Positions 38,413 to 50,144 of a stretch of 64,000 bases of DNA are shown piece after piece. The stretch is taken from positions 20,584,001-20,648,000 of the forward strand of contig CM069134.1 of NCBI GenBank assembly GCA_035221665.1. The letters are read 5' to 3'. The position numbers were made by a program, and so were the translations under genes. The notes under the pieces were generated by a model. That model saw only the letters and a list, made by a program, of their open reading frames with translations, made no database searches and was not told the origin of the DNA. The first letter of the stretch is position 1; every line of letters starts with the position of its first letter. The DNA comes from Okamejei kenojei. Lineage: Eukaryota.

Positions 38413-40930
38413 TATAGCTAAGATATTAAGTATGTTCTGAGACATAATTGCTGCTAGTCCCCCAAAAATAATTTTGTATATGGAGTCTAATTGCCTGAAT
38501 AATTATTTCAAAAAAATCCATGAATTTTAAAGTTATTTTATATATTTTAAGTTTTACATATTTCAGCCTCCATGTTAATCCATATGTATGTCCCACGTTT
38601 ATGTTACTCAATGTAAAATGTTTAAAATAAAACTTAGCTTTTTACTTGGTTTGCTGTCTGTCAAAGTTTTTCAACTGAATTGGATGAAAAACCAAGTAAT
38701 TGACCACACTTTTGCCGACACGAAAGATCCACTGAAGAAGGTGCCAGGCGTGAATATACTGGGAAGATCCAGGCCGCAGAACGCACTTATTTTTGTGAGC
38801 TGAGTTCGTTGAGGTGAAAGAAGATACCACTGCTCCCAATAGCATTCTGTGTTGACAAGGAGAATTTTGAACTTTGAAAATCATCCGTCTTGATACCGTG
38901 TGAGAGTTTATCTATTTTTAGTTATATTGCAAACTGTTTTCTGATGTGGACCACAACTACTGGGAACTTGATTACAAATGCTGATTTCAGTCCATGCAAA
39001 TAAGAGTCCAGTGTGAAGATTATGATCAAGTTTAAGTCTCAGAGATCATCAGTAACAGTGGCATTTATCTCTACTTTCCTTTTAAAAATCAATATATATT
39101 CAATACAATTTATAACATTTTTGTTTCATCTAAGTAAATAAAGTAACAATGCTGCTTTGCTGGTCACTGCATCCCAGGCCTATTTAATAACTTATGCCTG
39201 AAAGGGGACTTGCATTTGAGTGGGTGTTATGCAGATAGCAATCAGAGGCTGGTGCTATGAGCTCAATAGATAAAGCTATTTTCATATAACTTCCAGTACT
39301 AATAGACACCATTGTCTCTTTAGAACACCTACTTCCACCTAGTGAGACCACAGGAATTGACAAGCGATCACTTTTGTTGACATTTGTGCAATGATTAGGT
39401 AAACATGCAGCCTTTAGTAATTTTAGTTTGCAGTAACAAAATACATTTATTGCCCTTGAAAAGACTTTTATCTCCAAATACTGCAGCAGTAATAACTATG
39501 TTATTACAAGTTGCAAATTCTACCCTGGCTGCAATCCTCTTTTCCCCATTGATACAATTGTCTTTATAATGTGGTTTTCTGTAACATCAGTTTTTTTAGG
39601 AAAGCAACTATCATGTTTTAGCACAACTGCTGGTAAAATATATTCTTATTCTTGTCCTTCAATCACTGTTAGATCACTTCCTGCTACTGCTACTTCCCTC
39701 ACAATTACTTATGCCACTCTTCTGCCTTTGATGTCCTGCTGTGTACATCTTCATTGTGAATTTGATATTGGAGACTCAACTTACTCATGATACCAGAGAA
39801 AGGTTTGGTACAAATGGAACTCACTGGGCGGGTCTAGATCCAATGTCCTTGGCAGAGCTGATGCACCTGCGAAAACCTGTACCATTCCTACCAATAATAA
39901 AACCTGTAATATTGCAACCAATATTATTCATGTGTGTGGCATCACCTTCAAGGGGAGAGAGGAGGATTACTTTTCCCATGAAACATTTCAACAAGGGTGA
40001 GAGTATGTGTTTTAAGCCCTCTCAAAGGACTTGTTAGGATCTTAGGTCTTTAGCTTTCATCAAAGAGCTGGTCACTACATCCCAGGCCTATCATACTGCA
40101 CTGATTGGTGTATGAGTGAGCTGTAGTTGAACAATGAGGAGTTTGAAGGAACCTGCCTTCAACACATATGCACATTAGCTACATCAGCATATGGTGATGT
40201 AGCTAATGGAATGATCTCTGAACAGCATGGAGGCCACATTGATGGAACTGATGATGTCAGCTCTGATTCCATTGATAAAAATTTACTCTGTTGCTATCTT
40301 GTCTTGGATCTGATGTATTTAAAGAGGAAATGAGAATGAAAGAATTCGGCCCTTACCAACTGCCCTGCCATTCATCAAGATGATAGCAGATTTACCTCGG
40401 CTCCCTAACACAACCCACCAGCCCTCGATTTAACTGATAATATATCAATTCGTCTCTGTTTTGCATTAACGACAGCTCCTCCACCGTCCTCTACTCCGTA
40501 GAGAATTTCAAAGATTAGCCACTTTGTGAATGAAGAAACTTCTTGTTTCAGTTATAAACGGCCTACCCTTCATATGGGATTCCAGGTCCCTCAATAAAGA
40601 GAAACATCCTCCTGAAACCAGCCCTACAAGCACTATAACATTTTTTTTTAAGTTTCAATGAGGTTACCACTCATTCTTCTAAATTATAGAATGGGCCCTT
40701 CAGCCCATCCTGTCCATAGTGATCATCAAGCACCCATTCATATCAGTCCTATTGACCTGCATTTTGTCCTTAGCCTACTGTGCCTTGGCAATTCAAGTGC
40801 TCATCTAGATAGTTCTTAAATGTTGTGAGAATCTCTGCCACTTCTCGGGTAGTCCAATCCAACAACTTCTACCTTAAATCCTCGTATATTCTTACTCTTA
40901 AGTAAGGACACCAAAACCATGCACCTTACT

Positions 40931-41974
40931 TAGCAATGTTACAAAATTTTGAGATTTTAAAAATCAAATCTGCAATTTATCCCATCAGATAAAGCATAAA
41001 ATGAAGTTTAATTTGACACCTAATTCACTTTCATATCTTCAGTATTAAAAAGGTTATGGCCATTTTCATACTCGGAAATTAGCATCTTGTTCCCCATTGC
41101 TTTTCCATTGACTTAACTCAAAAGCTGTGATCGTGGACAGTCAAAAGCCCATAACTTTCTTAAAAATTAAGAGAACTGAATGAAATTTTCAGTTATTATA
41201 GATTGAAGCATTCTGAAACAAATATGAAGCAATCTTACTTGGATGACCTGAAATTAAAGCATATAATTAGTTAGTTACCTAATTGTAGCCAATTACAAAA
41301 TTCAATTACTAGATCTAAACAACTATCCATTTCTTAAGAAAAGATAACCATTTTTAAATTGTCTAAGTGTCCAAATAACATTCACACAATAATTCACAAT
41401 ATAACATGATTTTTAAATTTCATTTTCATGAATTTATAGGCCAAATGGAAGGAATTTAGTGTTTAATTCCCGTAAATTAATGGCTATTTAAATCAACTTG
41501 CGAGTGGGTTTTAGTGGAACACGGTGGATTGGAATGTTGCGGTTTGCGGTGAGTTTAACCCACAGTCGGCAGGAAAAATACTGCCGGTTCGTATATATTT
41601 TTTGTCCCCTTCTCGCAACATGAAAATTTGATTAAAGGCTTCCTAAGAACCACGTTTTTATGTAAAAATAAACTGTGTACCTTCTTTTATCCCCTGCTTA
41701 AAATCTGTCCCGTTGTCGGCGCTCACGGCTATAGAAGATGATTTTTTATTCACTCTTGCTAATAAATGATCTAGCGTAGTTTAAAAATACCTTCATAAGA
41801 CAAATGTCGGAGCGATTTCTCTTTAGCAACGAAATCCCCTGAGATGGATCGATTTGAATTGTCTGGAGAAAAACGGCATTTTAAACCCGCCCCCCTTTGA
41901 AAGGCGCCAAAGTCGCGCACACGGGGAGTGGCAGAACTGCAGCGCCGCTCAAGGTAAGTTTTGTAACATACCTT
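40931..41974. mobile_element. Non-autonomous DNA transposon (1044 bp, hAT-like termini) inserted in an old CR1
   Basis: Imperfect 16-bp TIR TAGCAATGTTACAAAA / TTTTGTAACATACCTT; duplicated CCTTACT at 40924-40930 and 41975-41981; the flanks rejoin into CR1-like accaaaac..gcaccttactccag. Confidence 0.75.
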
Positions 41975-42560
41975 CCTTACTCCAGCTGCAAAAGCTTTAT
42001 ACTCATTATTACATCCACTTGTAATAAAGGAAAATTTACCATTTGTGTTCAGACATGTTTGCTGTTTTGTGCATTAGCTGGCAATGATATGCGTGCAAGG
42101 GCATCAGGTCCCTTTGAACACCAATATTTCAAGTACTATATCTCCTTGAATCCTCGTTTTATTCTCCTCCCAAGTCAATTCAAGTTTATTCTCATATGCA
42201 CAAATATGGTGAGCTGCAGGTACATAGAAAATCTCTCCTGCAGCACCATTTACAGTCTCGTAGACTAGACAACACACAAAAAGGTAAATTATACATAAAT
42301 TACACATGCATCCTGCAAGACAGTGAAAAGAAAAAATACTGTGCATAAATGGAAAAAGAACACGATAGTGCGAGAGATTTTTTTAAATTTAATTTATTTT
42401 TAATAATACTTATTGTCATTGTCTTCAATGAAGAGACAACAAAATTATTTTTCCCTTACAGTCAAACAAAAAAAGTAAGATGGTCCATAGTGCTTCATTG
42501 CCATAGGATTAGGGTAATGCGGGTTGGTTTAAGAACCTGATAGTTGTGGGAAATTAGCTG

Positions 42561-42701
42561 TTCTTCTTCTTCTTGCATATGGTGTGCACAGCCTAAAATT
42601 GTAAGACAACTTGTTCTGTTTGATCTTCGGTTTGTGCACACCAGGTTGATTGCATTTGTCGAAATAGGGTGGACCCCGTGAAGGTTGCAATCTCCCTCCC
42701 C
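42561..42701 (-). mobile_element. 141-bp short retroposon with a 5' HDV-like ribozyme fold and a (GAA)n tail
   Basis: Minus strand: GGGGAGG-GAG-ATTGCA-ACC-TTCACGG-GGT-CCACCCT-ATTTCGA-CAAA-TGCAAT; tail (GAA)4 at 42572-42561. Confidence 0.65.
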
Positions 42702-43204
42702 AATTGGGCAGTTCAAGAACCTGTTTAATGAGTGGCTGGCATCAGTTCAATTTACTTGAAATGAGCATTGCTGTGTGGCTGGAGTTTGTGATGTCTTGTG
42801 AAGCTCACAATGTTGTGGCAGAAAGAATGCAGTAAATGCTACATATCTTGCATCTTACTCAAAGCCCTCTAGATAGCCACAGTAGAAGGAATGGAACGTG
42901 ACAGCATCAGCAAACTCAATCAGAGTTTAGACCTAACTTTCCATTGGTCAAACAAATCTTAACCACTGCTCAAAGCCCCAGCTCACAAGGTGTGTGTTGA
43001 CAACCACTCAATCAAGTCAGCCAAATCCCCCAAACATGTCACAACATTTATTCTCACACTTCCTCCAGTCTTGCAAGTAGTAGATGGTGTTTGATCAGTA
43101 TCAGCAGCAAACCTGCAGAGTGCTTCTCTGGCTCTTGCCTCATTCTCCTCTGGAGGGGAGTATGCTCATCATTGTTGGAGTCCCTGTCTCAGTGTCTATG
43201 GCTA

Positions 43205-43311
43205 AAGATAGACACAAAAAGCTGGAGTAACTCAGTGGATAGGCAGCATCTGCGGAGAGAAGGAATGGGTGACGTTTCAGGTCGAGACTCTTCAGACTGA
43301 GGGACTTCCTA
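43205..43311 (-). mobile_element. Penelope-derived short insertion with a hammerhead-like core and 17-bp TSD
   Basis: Minus strand agtCTGAAGAgtctcgacctGAAAcGTCacccattcc; TSD CTCAG(T/C)GTCTATGGCTA at 43188-43204 and 43312-43328. Confidence 0.8.
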
Positions 43312-44784
43312 CTCAGCGTCTATGGCTATTGACAATTGAATATGACTACGCACTCATAGATATCCCTTGTTGAAAATGTCATTGTGGGGAGATGATTTAA
43401 GCAGACCTCCTTCTATCTCCACACCCTCCTCTTTGCAACTGGTTTGGAACCGGCTCGACATAGTTCAATGAAAAAGACTTCCCATCAGATCTTCCTCATA
43501 TCCACCAGTTCAGACACTGACATTTGTCGTTTAAAGTTAGTTTTGCAAATAATGAGCAACTGAGCAGCCTGAAGGGGAGAGAGTAGCTCCTGACACTCCG
43601 CAGCTTCCACATCCTTCCTGTAGTGTGTGTGTTGGAATAATCAAGGATGGTTGTCATGGAAATGTGATGAGATCCTCAGCAACAGACATTGGGATGCAAG
43701 GACAGAACAATAATTTTAGGGAGATGCAGAATTCAGAAGCTTAATGATTAAACCTGCAACCAAATTTTAAGTGGACATCAATGTCACAGAACATTTTATT
43801 AGTCAATAATTCTCATTGTCCGAAAAAAGTTATAGCTTCCACGATTAACTTGTTTTTGTGATAATTGTTGTTTCTCGTGGGTGGGTAATATCTTCATTGT
43901 AATGGATGTTTAGGATCAGCCTTGATCTTTTCATGGTCTTAAATACAGCTGAACCCTCTTGAGCTATGAATGTAAGAGATTGCTGTACATTCACATGCTG
44001 CCTTTCATCTATTTGTTCGCATGTGGAATGTGAGGACTTGATGGGAGCACAGTACCTAGTTGCAGAGAATCCCATGTTCCGTTAATTTTCAACAGGTGTA
44101 GGGATTACTTTAAAAGACATATCAACATTTTCCATATTATGCATCGTCATTGTTTTCCCTTCAGCGGTAATGAGTTTTGGAGATAAATAACAGATTGATC
44201 TAGAGTAGATACGTGGTCTGAAGTTCATCTGAGATTCAAATTTGATATCAAGCCTGAAAAGAGTTTCAGGCAACACAGAGATCAATGCCAAGGAAATATC
44301 CAAATATCCAATGATCAAGCTTCATACGTTTAGTTGGGGGGGGAGATTTCTGTTCATTATATGCCAGACCAGCTATCTGATAACCGAGACAAGGGTCAAG
44401 AGAGGTGGTGGTGAAGTGGTTATGAAAATGTACAGTATACATGCAGAAAAAGAGGCCTCAATATACTGGCTATTTTCCCTCTTCACTCTTCAAATCGATA
44501 TGTCAACAATTCCTAATCCCCGACAGTCGATCCATTGAGTTCTTCCCGCAGACTGTTCATTGTTCCTGTTTTCAGTATTTGCAGTATCTTGTGTCTCCAT
44601 ATTTTAAAAAAAAACTAATGCTGCATTTGGGTGGTGTTGCTGAGATAAAGCATGTGGAGCTGTAAAGAAAAAGCATTGGATGGATCCTTGGGAGACACCA
44701 GAGGAAATGGTGCTGATGCAGGGAGAAGTTGTTGAAAGTGATTCTGTTGCTGATGCCATTTTGTTCTGGCCTTCTATATCTTTC

Positions 44785-44873
44785 AATCTGAAGAAGGGGA
44801 CCAGCCCGAAACGTGATCTATTCTCTCGAGATGCTGCTTGACCCCGCTGAGTTACTCCAGCATTTTATGTCTA
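44785..44873 (+). mobile_element. Penelope-derived short repeat with a hammerhead-like core
   Basis: CTGAAGAaggggaccagcccGAAAcgtg...gagatgctgc...gctgagttactccagcatttt. Confidence 0.7.
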
Positions 44874-45459
44874 TTATAGATGTTTGTTCTTCTTTGGGAA
44901 ATCAGGCTGAATAATCTCAATCTGACGGACAAATAATTGAGTTTATAGCATTGACAGAGAATGAGTGTGGGGGAGGAAGGGGAAATGTTAAAGATGGTTT
45001 TCACACTCAAAATTATTTTTGCATTCCATAATGATTCTGGAAGAGTAAATAGTTTTGCTCGGTGACAGCGTTCACCATTATTGTGTCATGTGTTCAAGCC
45101 AGTTCTAACGACTAAACTAGTTGAATGCAATTTCTGTTCAATTTCATATTCTTGACGTTAAGGGAGCAAAGATGAAAGCAGTAACAAAGGGAGATGCCAG
45201 GATGATAAATTATAATGATTATGGTGGAGACAAAGGGTATCAAATATGAAGATATGGTTCAGCAGACTGAAAACAATAAAAATACAATGGCAATTGAAGA
45301 TGAATTTGAAAAAATAAATCAAGAGTCAAGTGTTTTATTGTCCTATGTCCCAGCTAGAACAATGAAATTCATACTTGCAGTAGCACGACAAAATATGTAA
45401 ACAGTGCACACTGTAAACAATGTAATAAACAAGAAAAAAAAGTTCAGCGTGCGTGTATA

Positions 45460-47047
45460 CAGTGGCTTGCAAAAATTTTCATACCCCTTGAACTATTCCA
45501 CATTTTGTCACGTTACAACCACAAACATTAATGTATTTTATTGGGATTTTATGTGATAGACCAACACAAAGTGGCGCATGATTGTGAAGTGGAAGGAAAA
45601 TGATACATGGTTTTCAAATTTTTTTACAAATAAAAAACTGAAAAGTGTGGCGTGCAAAAGTATTCAGCCCTCTTTACTCTGATACCCCTAAATAAAATCC
45701 AGTGCAACCAATTGCCTTCAGAAGTCACCTAATTAGTAAATAGAGTCCACTTGTATGTAATCTAATCTCAGTATAAATACAGCTGTTCTGTGAAGGCCTC
45801 AGAGGTTTGTTAGAGAACATTAGTAAACAAACAGCATCATGAAGCCCAAGGAACACACCAGACAGGTCAGGGATAAAGTTGTGGAGAAGTTTAAAGCAGG
45901 GTTAGGTTATAAAAAAATATCCCAAGCTTTGAACATCTCACGGAGCACTGTTCAATCCATCATCTGAAAATGGAAAGAGTATGGCACAACTGCAAATCTA
46001 CCAAGACATGGTCGTCCACCTAAACTGACAGGCCGGGCAAGGAGAGCATTGATCAGAGAAGCAGCCAAGAGGCCCATGGTAACTGGAGGAGCTGCAGAGA
46101 TCCACAGCTCAGGTGGGAGAATCTGTCCACAGGACAACTATTAGTCGTGCACTCCACAAATCGGGCCTTTTATGGAAGGAAAAAAGCTATTGAAACAAAG
46201 CCATAAGAAGTCCCGTTTGCAGTTTGCCACAAGCCATGTGGGGGACACAGCAAACATGTGGAGGAAGGTGCTCTGGTCTGATGAGAACAAAATTGACATT
46301 TATTGGCCTAAATGCAAAATGCTATGTGTGGCGGAAAACTAACACTGCACATCACCCTGAACACACCATCCCCACTGTGAAACATGGTTGTGGCAGCATC
46401 ATGCTGTGGGGATGCTTTTCTTCAGCAGGGACAGGGAAGCTGGTCAGAGTTGATGGGAAGATGGATGGAGCCAAAAACAGGGCAATCTTGGAAGAAAACC
46501 TGTTAGAGTCTGTCGGGAGGTTCACCTTCCAGCAGGACAACGACCCTAAACATACAGCCAGAGCTACAATGGAATGGTTTAGATCAAAGCATATTCATGT
46601 GTTAGAAGGGCTCAGTCAAAGTCCACACCTAAATCCAATTGAGAATCTCTGGCAAGACTTGAAAATTGCTGTTCACAGACGCTCTCCATCCAATCTGACT
46701 GAGCTTGAGCTATTTTGCAAAGAAGAATGGGCAAAAATTTCAGTCTCTAGATGTGCAAAGCTGGTAGAGACATATCCCAAAAGACTTGCAGCTGTAATTG
46801 CAGCGAAAGATGGTTCTACAAAGTATTGACTCAGGGGGGCAGAATACTTCTGCACGCCACACTTTTCAGTTTTTTATTTGTAATAAAATTTGGAAACCAT
46901 GTATCATTTTCCTTGCACTTCACAATTATGCAGCACTTTGTGTTGGTCTATCACATAAAATCCCAATAAAATACATTTACGTTTGTGGTTGTAACGTGAC
47001 AAAATGTAGAAAATTTGAAGGGGTATGAATACTTTTGCAAGCCACTG
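45460..47047 (+). mobile_element. Tc1 (Passport-like, DD34E) transposon copy 2; transposase pseudogene 45839-46829
   Basis: TA-flanked with full TIRs; ATG at 45839 (MKPKEHTRQVRDKVVEKFKAG), premature TGA at 45965, frameshifts, and the same 6-aa deletion as copy 1. Confidence 0.96.
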
Positions 47048-47065
47048 TATATATGGATATACACA

Positions 47066-48689
47066 CAGTGGCTTGCAAAAATTTTCATACCCCTTGAACT
47101 TTTCCACATTTTGTCACGTTACAACCACAAACGTAAATGTATTTTATTGGGATTTTATGTGATAGACCAACACAAAGTGGCGCATAATTGTGAAGTGGAA
47201 GGAAAATGATACGTGGTTTTCAAATTTTTTTACAAATAAAAAACTGAAAAGTGTGGCGTGCAAAAGTATTCAGCCCCCTTTACTCTGATACCCCTAAATA
47301 AAATCCAGTGCAACCAATTGCCTTCATAAGTCACCGAATTAGTAAATAGAGTCCACATGTGTGTAATCTAATCTCAGTATAAATACAGCTGTTCTGTGAA
47401 GGCCTCAGAGGTTTGTTAGAGAACATTAGTGAACAACCAATGTTCCTTGGGCATCATGAAGCTCAATGAACACACCAGACAGGTCAGGGATAAAGTTGTG
47501 GAGAGGTTTAAAGCAGGGTTAGTTTATAAAAAAATATCCCAAGCTTTGAATATCTCACGGAGCACTGTTCAATCCATCATTCGACAATGGAAAGAGTATG
47601 GCACAACTGCAAACCTACCAAGACATGGCTGTCCACCTAAATTGACAGGCCGGGCAAGGAGAGCATTGATCAGAGAAGCAGCCAAGAGGCCCATGGTAAC
47701 TCTGGAGGAGCTGCAGAGATCCACAGCTCAGATGGGAGAATCTGTCCACAGGACAACTATTAGTCGTGCACTCCACAAATCGGGCCTTTATGGAAGAGTG
47801 GCTAGAAGAAAGCCATTGTTGAAACAAAGCCATAAGAAGTACCATTTGCAGTTTGCCACAAGCCATGTGGGGGACACAGCAAACATGTGGAGGACGGTGC
47901 TCTGGTCTGATGAGACCAAAATTGAAGTTTTTGGCCTAAATGCAAAACGCTATGGCGGAAAACTAACACTGCACATCACCCTGAACACACCATCCCCACT
48001 GTGAAAACATGGTGGTGGCAGCATCATGCTGTGGGGATGCTTTTCTTCAGCAGGACAGGGAAGCTGGTCAGAGTTGATGGGAAGATGGATGGAGCCAAAT
48101 ACAGGGCAATCTTGGAAGAAAACCTGTTAGAATCTGCAAAAGACTTGAGGCTGGGGCGGAGGTTCACCTTCCAGCAGGACAACGACCCTAAACATATAGC
48201 CAGAGCTACAATGGATTGGTTTAGATCAAAGCATATTGATGTGTTAGAATGGCCTAGTCAAAGTCCAGACCTAAATCCAATTGAGAATCTCTGGCAAGAC
48301 TTGAAAATTGCTGTTCACAGGCGCTCTCCATCCAATCTGACTGAGCTTGAGCTATTTTGCAAAGAAGAATGGGCAAAAATGTCAGTCTCTAGATGTGCAA
48401 AGCTGGTAGAGACATACCCCAAAAGACTTGCAGCTGTAATTGCAGTGAAAGGTGGTTCTACAAAGTATTGACTCAGCGGGGCTGAATACTTTTGCACGCC
48501 ACATTTTTCAGTTTTTTATTTGTAATAAAATTTGGAAACCATGTATCATTTTCCTTCCACTTCACAATTATGCACCACTTTGTGTTGGTCTATCACATAA
48601 AATCCCAATAAAATACATTTATATTTGTGGTTGTAACGTGACAAAATGTGGAAAAGTTCAAGGGATATGAATACTTTTGCAAGCCACTG
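47066..48689 (+). mobile_element. Tc1 (Passport-like, DD34E) transposon copy 3; transposase pseudogene 47456-48471
   Basis: Full TIRs; left flank CA, right flank TA. D(WSDETK), D(QQDNDPKH) and E(NPIENLW) with 34 residues between the second D and the E. Two small frameshifting deletions (about 47953 and 48052). Confidence 0.96.
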
Positions 48690-48690
48690 T

Positions 48691-48692
<2 letters not shown>

Positions 48693-48746
<54 letters not shown>
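48693..48746. repeat. (TA)n microsatellite
   Basis: Pure AT dinucleotide run just downstream of Tc1 copy 3. Confidence 0.95.
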
Positions 48747-48749
<3 letters not shown>

Positions 48750-49604
48750 TATATATACTCACACTGACACGCACTTTTGGGGGAATCTTAAGTTTGGTCT
48801 AGTGAAGTGGACAGGAAAGAAATGGCATAAAAAGCAGACTGGGTAGTCCTATTTTCAGTGACAAAGAGGCTGTAAATTCCCCCATTATTATCTCTTCAAT
48901 GTCATAATTAAAATGTAATTTCCTTTTTCTGCATTAAAATTCACCTGCCATAGGCCCAAACAAAACATCAGCCTGCCTGAATTGCCCTGAGGTCTATTGC
49001 CGCCTTCTCATCCATACTTCCACTGTCATCAGCAAATTTATGCATCGTGCCCAATGCAGCCAAATTGAATTCATCAAAGTTATAAAATACAGCAGTGACC
49101 CTAAAGCCGCAGAATACCTCCCCCGTTCAGATATGAGTATGCATTACACCGTCAACTTGTGGCCTGGTATAAATATAAGTAGAAAGAGAAACGGAAGAAC
49201 AAATGCTTTTTTTTAATGGCTTCAGTCGTGCAAGATTACAGGATTGTGAACCCTCTATCAGTAGATGGATACCTTCTCCATTGATGTCCATGGATGAATA
49301 AAAGTTTTTGCTTTGCTATTTATAAAATTGTCTTGCACCTGGTGCCGATAGGAGTTTAGCTTATCTCCAAAGCTCTACTAAACACGTATTTCTGAGGATT
49401 AGAAATGTATCTGCGGCTATTGTCTTCAGGAAGCATGCAATCGGGTTACTGCGTGATTGTTCGCGGGATATTAAGATGTGTGAGGCACATTAGCATAGCT
49501 TACATGATGGCAGAAAGCAACAGCAATTTACCGTGAAAGAATAGTAGTTGTTTACGTAGTGAAATGTTGCCTGGTTGCTTAAGGAAAGGGTTGGAAAATG
49601 AGAT

Positions 49605-49911
49605 TTGTTTAGTTTAGAGATCCAGCGTGGAAACAGGCCCTTTGGCCCATCGAGTCTGCACTGATCAGCAATCCCCACACATTAACACTATCCTATACAC
49701 ATTAGGGACAATTTACATTTATGCCAAGCCAATGAACCTACAAACCTGTACATCTTTGAAGAGTGGGGAAAAAAACGAAGATCTCGGAGAAAACCCACGC
49801 GGTCAGTGGGAGAAGGTACAAACTCAATACAGACACCACCCATAGTCAGGATCAACCTGGGTCTCTGATGCAGTAAGGCAGCAACTCTACCGTTGCGCCA
49901 TCATGCCACCC
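49605..49911 (-). mobile_element. V-SINE (HE1-like), near full length
   Basis: The minus strand begins gggtggcatgatggcgcaacggtagagttgctgcc and ends in a (ctaaa)n-like tail. Confidence 0.8.
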
Positions 49912-50144
49912 CAATGATGGGCTCCCAAATGATACTGTGATACCGATAATGCTCAAGCAGGCTTTTGTAGGATTGTGTGGAAGAATATGAAAAATATAAC
50001 AACCCCAGCATGGTTCTGGTATACTACGTGTCATTAGCATTCTGTGCCAGCTCTTCCTTTGTCAATTGCTGTGGACCTATATGACTCAAATAATGTCTTG
50101 ACGTTTTCCAATTTAGAATAACATTCAGGTATAGAAACGTCATT

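Noticed and set aside
37046-48471. Active or domesticated transposase gene
   Set aside because: Each of the three copies has nonsense or frameshift lesions.
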